From Thermodesulfobacteriota bacterium (GTDB lineage: Bacteria > Desulfobacterota_D > UBA1144 > Nemesobacterales > Mycalebacteriaceae), in assembly GCA_965226585.1 (NCBI GenBank), contig OZ245366.1:416001-480000 (forward strand): 64,000 nucleotides of DNA, written 5' to 3'. Positions within the stretch are counted from its first letter, which is position 1. Every line of letters begins with the position of its first letter. Under the pieces are notes generated by a model, which was given only the letters and a program-made list of their open reading frames with translations, made no database searches and was not told where the DNA came from. The position numbers and the translations under genes were made by a program. Shown here piece by piece: positions 47,790 to 55,855 of this stretch.

Positions 47790-47929
47790 CGCTTTTCAGA
47801 CCTTACAGGCGGGTGGTTTTCCGCCTCGCGGGTTAATGATACTCAACGCGCCCGCGCTTTAACAGTTCTTGAAAGTCGCGCCGTATTGTGAGAGTATAAG
47901 CAGTCGGGTGAGGGGCTTAACCGCTCCAC

Positions 47930-49195
47930 ATGGAAGGTGTTATGGGGTTTGACTGTTCCGAAAGCGATATTTTTTCACCGGCTCGCCTTGAGCGCGTTGC
48001 CGGTGTCTCAGATTTACCTTCTCCGTCCGCGCCGGACGGGGAGACAAGAAGGATATGCGAAAACGCCGTGGCGGGCTCCGCGCCGTCTCCGGATGAGGCG
48101 GTTTTTCTCGCGGGACTTCCGTCAGACCGTATTGCCGCTCTTTTGAGCGCGGCGTCATTTATCTCCGTCCGTTCTCACGGCTCTGTTCTCACGTACTCAA
48201 AAAATGTTTTTGTTCCGCTCACGCGGCTTTGCAGAAACCACTGCGGATACTGCACCTTCAAGATAGAGCCGGGCGAGGCGGAGCTTCTGATAACGCCCGG
48301 CGAGGTGGATGACATCGCCAGAAAGGGCGCGGAACTCGGATGCACCGAACTGCTTTTTGTTCTCGGAGACAAGCCCGAAGCCGTCTATGAAGAATACAGG
48401 CGGAAACTTGGCGGGCTTGGATGCTCCACCACGGCGGAGTATCTTGCAGGTGTTTGCGAATCCGCCATCGGTCGCGGAATTTTCCCGCACTCAAACCTCG
48501 GTCTTGCCACCTCCGAAGAGCTTTCGCGTTTGAAACACAGCAATCCCAGCATGGGGCTTATGCTTGAAAACATCAGCCCGCGCCTTCTCAAAAAAGGCGA
48601 AGCGCATCACCGGTGCGCAGACAAAGTGCCGAAACTGAGAATGGAAACAATGGAACGCGCCGGAGAGTTGCGAATTCCGTGGACAAGCGGAATTCTTGTC
48701 GGCATCGGCGAAACGGTTGAGGAGAGGGTTGAATCGCTTTTCGCTCTCAAAGATTTGTCTGAGCGGTACGGGCACATACAAGAGATTATAGTTCAGAACT
48801 TCAGCCCGAAAGACGGGATAGCGATGGAGAGTTTTCCCCCGCCGTCTTTTGAGGAGATGCTTAAAACGGTTGCCATAGCGCGGCTTGTGTTCGGCGGAGA
48901 GATGAACCTTCAGATACCGCCCAACCTCAACGGCGCGACCTACTCAAAGTTTATACCCGCCGGAATAAACGACCTTGGCGGCGTTTCTCCTCTCACCATA
49001 GATTATGTAAATCCCGAAGCCCCGTGGCCCCTTCTTGATGAGATGGAGGCGCAGGTGTCTTCTCTCGGTTTTGAGCTTAGAGAGCGGCTTCCGGTTTACC
49101 CGGAATACGTTACGGGCGAGTTTCTTGAGCCGGAAATGCTTGAGATGGTCAGAGCGCGAGTGGGCGCAGACGGGCTTGTGCCGGAGGCAAACTGA
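47930..49195 (+). CDS. cofG: FO synthase subunit CofG (start may be 47942)
   Basis: TYSKNVFVPLTRLCRNHCGYC, PHSN, SMGLMLE, QIPPNL, DLGGVSPLTIDYVNPEAPWP. Confidence 0.92.
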   Translation: MEGVMGFDCSESDIFSPARLERVAGVSDLPSPSAPDGETRRICENAVAGSAPSPDEAVFLAGLPSDRIAALLSAASFISVRSHGSVLTYSKNVFVPLTRLCRNHCGYCTFKIEPGEAELLITPGEVDDIARKGAELGCTELLFVLGDKPEAVYEEYRRKLGGLGCSTTAEYLAGVCESAIGRGIFPHSNLGLATSEELSRLKHSNPSMGLMLENISPRLLKKGEAHHRCADKVPKLRMETMERAGELRIPWTSGILVGIGETVEERVESLFALKDLSERYGHIQEIIVQNFSPKDGIAMESFPPPSFEEMLKTVAIARLVFGGEMNLQIPPNLNGATYSKFIPAGINDLGGVSPLTIDYVNPEAPWPLLDEMEAQVSSLGFELRERLPVYPEYVTGEFLEPEMLEMVRARVGADGLVPEAN

Positions 49196-49199
49196 CAGA

Positions 49200-50435
49200 A
49201 TGGACACGATAAACCTGAAAGACCTTATGGATTTGATAAACGACCGGCGGGAGGGCGGTGTTTCCTCATGCCTTTCGCGCATAGACACGCGGCTTGCAGA
49301 CATCATTTCAAAACCGCTTGAAGGCGGAGAGCTTACGGTTGCCGAAGCGGACGCGCTTTTTGCCGCCGGAAAACCGGACGAAATTGCCGCCCTTGCCCTT
49401 GCCGCAGACAGGGTGAGAAAAGAGGATGTGGGAGATGTTGTTACATACGTCATCAACCGGAACATCAATTTCACGAACATCTGCAATGTGTATTGCGGTT
49501 TCTGCAACTTTATGGCGGAAGAGGGAGACGAGAGGGCTTATTTCCTTTCAATGGATGAGATAGCCGACAAAACAAGGGAAGCGTGGGAGATAGGGGCGAC
49601 CGAGGTTTGCATGCAGGGCGGAATGCACCCGAAGATTGACGGCAACTACTATGTGGATTTGATAAAGAACGTTAAAAAAGCCGTCCCGGAAATGCACACG
49701 CATGCGTTTTCGCCCTACGAAGTCTGGTACGGGGCGAACACGCTTGGAATAGAGGAAACCGATTTTATAAAGATGCTTAAAGACGCGGGGCACAACACTT
49801 TCCCCGGCACTGCGGCGGAGGTGCTTGTTGAGGACGTGAGAAAGAAAATCGCGCCGCGCAAGATTCCGACCGAAGTGTGGATACGGGTTGTTGAGAAAAT
49901 CCACAACGCCGGAATGAAAACCACTTCAACGATAATGTACGGACATCTTGACGAGCCGAAACACTGGTCAGTTCACCTTGGAGTTTTGCGCGATATACAG
50001 AAACGCACGGGAGGATTTACGGAGTTTGTGCCTTTGAGGTTTATCCCGTGGGAGACGAGAATTTTCAAGAACTCAAAGGGCAAGGTTCACGAAGGGCCCA
50101 CAGACCTTCATCAGTTGAAGATGTATGCCGTTTCGCGGCTGTTTTTGCGCGGATGGATAGACAACATTCAGGTTTCGTGGGTGAAGCAGGGGCCTGAGTT
50201 CGCGCAGTTTTCTCTTACCGCCGGAGCCAACGATTTCGGGGGAACTCTTATGGAAGAGCAAATTTCGCGTTTTGCGGGAGCAAGTTACGGGCAGTATTTT
50301 CCGCCCGAAGAGTTTCGCCGTCTCACCCGCCGGATAGGGCGTATTCCCGCTGAGAGAAACACGGTTTACGGAATACTCAAACGGTTTGACGGCGAAGGCG
50401 CGGGGGCTTCCGGGGAACAGCAGGATGGCAAGTAG
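49200..50435 (+). CDS. cofH: FO synthase subunit CofH
   Basis: VINRNINFTNICNVYCGFC, ATEVCMQGG, HAFSP, PGTAAE, NIQVSWVK, ANDFGGTLMEE; directly after cofG. Confidence 0.9.
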   Translation: MDTINLKDLMDLINDRREGGVSSCLSRIDTRLADIISKPLEGGELTVAEADALFAAGKPDEIAALALAADRVRKEDVGDVVTYVINRNINFTNICNVYCGFCNFMAEEGDERAYFLSMDEIADKTREAWEIGATEVCMQGGMHPKIDGNYYVDLIKNVKKAVPEMHTHAFSPYEVWYGANTLGIEETDFIKMLKDAGHNTFPGTAAEVLVEDVRKKIAPRKIPTEVWIRVVEKIHNAGMKTTSTIMYGHLDEPKHWSVHLGVLRDIQKRTGGFTEFVPLRFIPWETRIFKNSKGKVHEGPTDLHQLKMYAVSRLFLRGWIDNIQVSWVKQGPEFAQFSLTAGANDFGGTLMEEQISRFAGASYGQYFPPEEFRRLTRRIGRIPAERNTVYGILKRFDGEGAGASGEQQDGK

Positions 50436-51774
50436 AAAATCGGTCAGCATAAAAAACTTTATGGGCGGCGTGGAGAGGCGCAATCCGGGCGAGCGCGAAT
50501 TTCATCAGGCGGTTAGAGAGGTTGCGGAATCCCTTGTTCCGTTCATGGCGAAAAATCCGGTCTACATTGAAAAACAGATACTTGAGCGGCTGACGGAGCC
50601 GGACAGGACGGTGTCTTTCAGGGTTTGCTGGGAGGATGATGAGGGCAATGTCCGCACAAATCGCGGATACAGGGTGCAGTTCAGCGGGGTTATAGGTCCC
50701 TACAAGGGCGGTTTGCGGTTTCATCCGTCCGTCAGTCTCAGTGTTATGAAGTTTCTGGGGTTTGAGCAGATATTCAAAAACAGTTTGACGGGGCTTCCCA
50801 TGGGCGGCGGCAAGGGCGGAAGCGATTTCAATCCGCGTGGAAAATCTGACGGCGAGGTTATGCGTTTTTGTCAGTCGTTTATGACGGAACTTGCCCGGCA
50901 TGTGGGCGAAAATGTTGATGTTCCCGCCGGAGACATAGGTGTTGGCGGGCGCGAGATTGGCTATATGTTTGGTCAGCACAGGCGTATTTCCGGGGCGTTC
51001 ACCGGAGTTTTGACGGGCAAAGGCATATCGTTTGGCGGCAGTCTTATCCGCCCCGAGGCGACCGGATATGGAAGTGTGTTTTTCGTGAATGAGATTTTGA
51101 AAGCATCGGGAGACGGAATGGACGGCAAAACCTGTGTTGTGTCGGGTTCGGGAAATGTGGCGCAATACACGGTAGAGAAGTTGACTCATCTTGGCGGCAG
51201 GGCGGTTACGATGTCTGACTCAGACGGTTTTATTCACGACCCGTCCGGCATAACGCCTGAAAAACTGGCGTGGATAATGGATTTGAAAAACAACCGGCGC
51301 GGGCGGATAAGTGAATACGCGAAGAAGTTCAAATGCGGTTTTCACAAGGGCAAAAAACCGTGGGGCGTAAAGTGTGATGTGGCGTTTCCGTCTGCGACAC
51401 AGAATGAACTCCTTGGCGCGGACGCGAAATTGCTTATTAAAAACGGCGTAAAGGTTGTAGGCGAGGGCGCGAATATGCCGTGCGATCTTGAAGCGGTTCA
51501 CATATTTCAGAAAGCGGGTGTTTTTCTTGCTCCCGCAAAGGCGTGCAATGCGGGCGGCGTGGCGGTTTCGGGTTTGGAGATGACGCAGAACAGTATGAAA
51601 CTTTTTTGGAGCCGGGAAGAGGTTGAGGAGAAGTTGAGGAATATTATGGTTGGTATTCACGAAAGGTGTTTGGAATTCGGGAAGAAAGGGAAAAAGGTTG
51701 ATTATGTTACCGGAGCGAATATTGCGGGATTTAAAAAAGTAGCAGACGCAATGGTAGCGCAAGGGATTGGGTAA
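50425..51774 (+). CDS. gdhA: NADP-specific glutamate dehydrogenase
   Basis: GPYKGGLRFHP, GGGKGGS, DVPAGDIG, RPEATGYG, SGSGNVAQY, EGANMP. Confidence 0.97.
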   Translation: MASRKSVSIKNFMGGVERRNPGEREFHQAVREVAESLVPFMAKNPVYIEKQILERLTEPDRTVSFRVCWEDDEGNVRTNRGYRVQFSGVIGPYKGGLRFHPSVSLSVMKFLGFEQIFKNSLTGLPMGGGKGGSDFNPRGKSDGEVMRFCQSFMTELARHVGENVDVPAGDIGVGGREIGYMFGQHRRISGAFTGVLTGKGISFGGSLIRPEATGYGSVFFVNEILKASGDGMDGKTCVVSGSGNVAQYTVEKLTHLGGRAVTMSDSDGFIHDPSGITPEKLAWIMDLKNNRRGRISEYAKKFKCGFHKGKKPWGVKCDVAFPSATQNELLGADAKLLIKNGVKVVGEGANMPCDLEAVHIFQKAGVFLAPAKACNAGGVAVSGLEMTQNSMKLFWSREEVEEKLRNIMVGIHERCLEFGKKGKKVDYVTGANIAGFKKVADAMVAQGIG

Positions 51775-51789
51775 AAACAGGAGGATTTT

Positions 51790-52464
51790 ATGAAAGAAAG
51801 ATTTACGGAATGGTTGTTGGAGAGGGGATATGCTCCCACTGTAGCAAAAGGTGGCTACCGGACTGGAATAAACCATTTATCAAAGGACTTGGGAGAGGAT
51901 GTTTTTGGGATAACGGACTTGGAAAAAATAAGTGAAATCAGAAAAACTTATGACAGAAACGGGTCCAAAAGGGATATTGGCAGTAACTTGAGTGGTTCGC
52001 CCAGAGCCGCGATAATTCAATACGAGGACTTTATCAGGGAGTTTTCCGAGGGAGGGGAAATTCCTGATGGAATTTCTCAATCTTCCGAAAAGCAGATTCC
52101 ACAGCAACGGCTTTCTTTAGAGAGAGATTTGCACAAAGCAATTGAAGGTCAGATTTCCGAATTGTTTCCGGGTTACAAACTGGTTGGTTCCGAATACACA
52201 ATTAAAAATGTCCGGTTAGACCTTTTGCTCAAAAATGGCAACAGTTTGCTGGTTGTGGAAATCAAAGCCGGAACCGCCACGCACGCGGCTTTTGGTCAGA
52301 TTTCAATGTATATGGGGCTTGTCGCGGAGAAATACCCCAAGTCTTCCATTAGCGGAATGATAGTCGCCTCAGACATAGACCCGGGTTTAATCGCCGCTTG
52401 TTCCACAAATAAAAATGTTTCCTGCGGGAAATATAAAATGAAGCTGAGTTTGGAAAAGGTCTAA
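51790..52464 (+). CDS. NucS-like PD-(D/E)xK endonuclease-domain protein
   Basis: LERDL...EY...RLDLL...VVEIKAG...FGQISMYM. Confidence 0.8.
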   Translation: MKERFTEWLLERGYAPTVAKGGYRTGINHLSKDLGEDVFGITDLEKISEIRKTYDRNGSKRDIGSNLSGSPRAAIIQYEDFIREFSEGGEIPDGISQSSEKQIPQQRLSLERDLHKAIEGQISELFPGYKLVGSEYTIKNVRLDLLLKNGNSLLVVEIKAGTATHAAFGQISMYMGLVAEKYPKSSISGMIVASDIDPGLIAACSTNKNVSCGKYKMKLSLEKV

Positions 52465-52471
52465 GGTCGTG

Positions 52472-52519
52472 GAGAACATTATGGCCGGGATTGACAAAAG
52501 ATGCTTGGAGTTCGGCAAA
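52472..52519 (+). pseudogene. Remnant duplicate of a 3'-proximal gdhA segment (51637-51684)
   Basis: Reads ENIMAGIDKRCLEFGK vs gdhA RNIMVGIHERCLEFGK (12/16 aa), with many synonymous third-position differences. Confidence 0.85.
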
Positions 52520-52620
52520 GTTTGCAGAAGACTTTATAATGCTTTCAGAGTAGGCATTATAGGTTGCAAGAAGGTTGCAGATACAATAGTAGCACAAGGT
52601 ATGGATTGATAGGTTTTCAA

Positions 52621-53391
52621 GTGGCAATCAAAGACACAACAAGGAAAGAGCTTTGGGGAAAATCTGGTAACAGTTGTGCTATTTGCAAAGAACAGTTGAT
52701 TGTAGACGATTCAGCCGACAGTATTGTTGTAGGTCAGGAGTGCCACATCATACCGAAAAAAGAAAGTAATCCTAGATATCTTGATACTCAAACTGATAAA
52801 GACTCATACGAAAACCTAATTCTTTTGTGTTCAAAGCACCATACAATTGTTGACCGTAGCACCCATAGTTATACAGCAGAAGATTTGAGGAGTATCAAGT
52901 TTAAACATGAGAAAGAGGTAAGAGAAAGCTTGAATGCGGGCAATTTAACAAGTACACATCCGAAATATCTCGTCAAGGTAAATTCTGGAAAAGACCTTTG
53001 TAACATGGTTGATGGTGTTCTGGGTTATTCGTTTGACCACCCTGAGCCGACAAATCAAAGAGATGCTGATTTCTTTGGGTCAATTTCTCAGTCTTTAGAC
53101 GACAACTCCTCTTTGCTAAGTGAATTCGAACCCGCAAGAAAAGCTGAAATAATGTTGTGGTTCAAAGATATGCTGGACGATTTGGAGGGTAAGGGGTACT
53201 TGTTGTTTGGTTGCAGATTGAGTGACAAGATCAATAACCCTTTTGCACCAGACAAGTTAGTCGCTGGCGAGATTTTCCACTGCAAACTTACCAAAAAGGA
53301 TGATCCAGAAGTGATTACGGGACCAGATAGCATTGTTAGATTAATCATGGAGGATTGTCAAGTCAATGAAGCAAAAAACGATGGCTCGTAA
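52621..53391 (+). CDS. HNH endonuclease with uncharacterised C-terminal domain
   Basis: LWGKSGNSCAIC...GQECHII...YENLILLCSKHHTIVD; GTG start at 52621. Confidence 0.85.
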   Translation: MAIKDTTRKELWGKSGNSCAICKEQLIVDDSADSIVVGQECHIIPKKESNPRYLDTQTDKDSYENLILLCSKHHTIVDRSTHSYTAEDLRSIKFKHEKEVRESLNAGNLTSTHPKYLVKVNSGKDLCNMVDGVLGYSFDHPEPTNQRDADFFGSISQSLDDNSSLLSEFEPARKAEIMLWFKDMLDDLEGKGYLLFGCRLSDKINNPFAPDKLVAGEIFHCKLTKKDDPEVITGPDSIVRLIMEDCQVNEAKNDGS

Positions 53392-53805
53392 ACTTCCTAC
53401 TCCAAAGACAACTTCAAATACAGGCATTAATGACTTGGATTTGAAGAATTGGAAAAAACACGAAGATGTCTTGACAGACAGTTTGTGGTTGATTGGGAAC
53501 CGAGACAGTTCCGGTTCTCATAATAACAAGTACCAGGAAACTTTATACCTCAAATCCCCAACCAAATAATGAAAAGATTTACCAAGAAGGGAGATGTTGT
53601 TCTTGATGGTTTTTTGGGTTATGGCACAACCCTGATAGAGTCACAAAAATTGGGGAGAAACGCGATAGGGGTTAAGCTTGTTCCTAGTGTTGCTGTTAAA
53701 TACAAGAGCCTCGCGGAAATAGGCAGAATTTCTAAACTCCATTTAGTTAGTGAACAAGATTTGGCACCTTGCTGGTGTTGTCTGGTCGGAGGGATTGATG
53801 ACTAA
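53366..53805 (+). pseudogene. Frameshifted, truncated amino-type DNA methyltransferase
   Basis: Adding 1 nt near 53535 joins ...SGSHNNKY to GNFIPQIPNQIMKRFTKKGDVVLDGFLGYGTTLIE (motif X + motif I). Similarity ends near 53695; no (D/S)PPY motif. Confidence 0.85.
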
Positions 53806-53971
53806 GAAGTTGATTAGGCTTTTACTTGCTGTTTTTGTTCTGATGTTTTTTATTAGTACTGCAACAGCCTTTGATTGTGATTTGGATAATGATGGTTGGG
53901 ATGACTGGAATTGTGGTGGTCTTGACCATGATTTGGACAACGATGGCTGGGATGACCGAGGTTCTTGGTAA
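53798..53971 (+). CDS. 57-aa secreted peptide with two DLDNDGWDD repeats
   Basis: RBS GGAGGG; signal peptide MTKK-hydrophobic-ATA; mature FDCDLDNDGWDDWNCGGLDHDLDNDGWDDRGSW. Confidence 0.7.
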   Translation: MTKKLIRLLLAVFVLMFFISTATAFDCDLDNDGWDDWNCGGLDHDLDNDGWDDRGSW

Positions 53972-53990
53972 TTGATACAATTAAACCTGT

Positions 53991-54536
53991 CTAAACATTC
54001 ATAATACTTTTCACACCATCCAACAAGACATTAAAACTATGAGAATCGTTCTGTCCATCCAAGTTAAGCAGTGGGGCGATTGCCCTAGACCCAGCGACTT
54101 TTTGATACGATTGTTCGGTTAGCCCTTTTAGTTTCTCAGATGGCTTGTTAATTGAGTCAGGGGCCTCTTTTAAAGACAATCCTTTGACACCAAGTCCCGA
54201 TTCAACAGCTTTCAGGTCCCCCAAGTAGAAACTTTCAAGCTCCTTGCAGGCAACTCTTATGATTGTGTTTGAAAATTTTCCGCTAGATTGAATTTTCTTT
54301 CTCAAAAATTGTTTAATCTTCACGCAATCGCCATTATCTTGATCCCGTAAAACAAGAAAAAATGAATCCGGACGGTTCCAGCCCCGTAGTCTATGCTCAA
54401 TCCGTTTATCCAAATCTTGTTTGCCTTCAAACACAATATAGCGAACATCAATATCTTCAGGAAGGATGCGAGGAAGAACACCCTTTAACATTTCTTTTGC
54501 CGAAAGTTCCTCCAGAAAGCAGGCAAGACATTTCAT
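53991..54536 (-). CDS. DUF4276 family protein
   Basis: FLEELS, FEGKQDL, VLRDQD, RVACKELESFYLGD, SHSF; coupled to the ATPase by an ATGA overlap. Confidence 0.8.
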   Translation of the reverse strand: MKCLACFLEELSAKEMLKGVLPRILPEDIDVRYIVFEGKQDLDKRIEHRLRGWNRPDSFFLVLRDQDNGDCVKIKQFLRKKIQSSGKFSNTIIRVACKELESFYLGDLKAVESGLGVKGLSLKEAPDSINKPSEKLKGLTEQSYQKVAGSRAIAPLLNLDGQNDSHSFNVLLDGVKSIMNV

Positions 54537-55720
54537 TGCGGGTCAACATCTCCAAAAAACCCTTCTTTCCACAGATAGCCCATTTGGTCTCCTATTTCCA
54601 TATATGTTTTGACCTGTTCGTCATCAGATGCTCTTTTGATTGCCGTGTACCCATTTTTCTTTTCCAACCAGAAAACTTCTCCTATTTCAGTAGCATTCAA
54701 AAAATCTGGGGAATGGGTAGAGACAAAAACCTGCCCACCCCTATTTGCATAGCTTCTGAATTCTTCTGCTAATTCAAAAAGCAATTTTGGGTAGAGTTGG
54801 TTCTCTGGTTCTTCCACACAAAGCAAATCATGTGGTGCTGGATCGTAAAGCAGAGTCAGGTAAGCCAGCATTTTGATTGTGCCGTCTGACACATAACGAG
54901 CAAGAAACGGATCTTCAAAGGAGCCATCATGAAATTTCAGTAAAACACGTCCTTCTTCAGTAGTTTTTGATTCCACATTCGAAATTCCGGGAACGCGCAT
55001 TTTTAATAGGTCAAGAATTTTATCAAATATATCTTCATGATGTTTGTGTAAGTACTCAATAACCAGAGACAGGTTTTCTCCCTCACGCGAGAGATGTTCT
55101 GCGTACCCAGCCTCCTGTTCAGGTCGTGCTTTGCTAATGTGGAAATCAGAAATATGCCAGCGTTCAATTAAATTTCCCAACGCTACGGCTGCCGGAAACC
55201 TTTCGAATTGTGCCAGCCCCTTAATTGCCAATAAATCGTTAGATTTGAGTTTTTGTTCTTCTCTTTGGAGTTCGCTATCTTGCCGGATTTCTTCAATTTC
55301 GTTTGTAACAGCTTCGCCTTTTCCATTACTGAAGTCCAAAAACTTCCATGGTTGTCCACGACTTCCACGACGATATTTCAGTATTTCTCTTTGCACGAAC
55401 GCTCTTCCGTCTCTTTCGTCAATCTCAAGTAAATAGGTTATCAGGGGGCTTTCGTTATCTTTACGAAACTTCAACTCAATTTCAATTGGTTCATTACTGT
55501 TGCGACTTTGTACTTCTTGAAAACCAAGGCTACCACCGAGACGAGTCAAAGCTGTATTGACATTAGAATTCATCGCATCACGTAAAAAACCAAAAACACT
55601 GAATATAGTGCTTTTGCCACTACCGTTTGCCCCCACAATCACACAGAAACCGGGGATATTTGTCATCTCCGCTTCTTTGAATGTTTTAAAATTCCTCAAC
55701 CTCAAAGATTCAATCTTCAT
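54533..55720 (-). CDS. ABC/AAA_21-type ATPase
   Basis: RNFK, Walker A GANGSGKS, VSDGT, Walker B LLCVEEPEN, STHSP. Confidence 0.92.
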   Translation of the reverse strand: MKIESLRLRNFKTFKEAEMTNIPGFCVIVGANGSGKSTIFSVFGFLRDAMNSNVNTALTRLGGSLGFQEVQSRNSNEPIEIELKFRKDNESPLITYLLEIDERDGRAFVQREILKYRRGSRGQPWKFLDFSNGKGEAVTNEIEEIRQDSELQREEQKLKSNDLLAIKGLAQFERFPAAVALGNLIERWHISDFHISKARPEQEAGYAEHLSREGENLSLVIEYLHKHHEDIFDKILDLLKMRVPGISNVESKTTEEGRVLLKFHDGSFEDPFLARYVSDGTIKMLAYLTLLYDPAPHDLLCVEEPENQLYPKLLFELAEEFRSYANRGGQVFVSTHSPDFLNATEIGEVFWLEKKNGYTAIKRASDDEQVKTYMEIGDQMGYLWKEGFFGDVDPQ

Positions 55721-55855
55721 TTGTTCTTTCCTGTTCTTGAAACTCCAGACTAATATACAATAACACGGTAAATTTAACACTATTTCAGATTGCGCCAAGC
55801 AAACACTGAAATTTCGAATGTCAAAACCTCACTGTCAGTTAAACTCTGACCGACA

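Noticed and set aside
52535..52561. Inverted repeat TATAATGCTT-N7-AGGCATTATA upstream of the HNH gene
   Set aside because: Real palindrome, but single-copy with no convincing -35 or adjacent regulator, so no function can be assigned.
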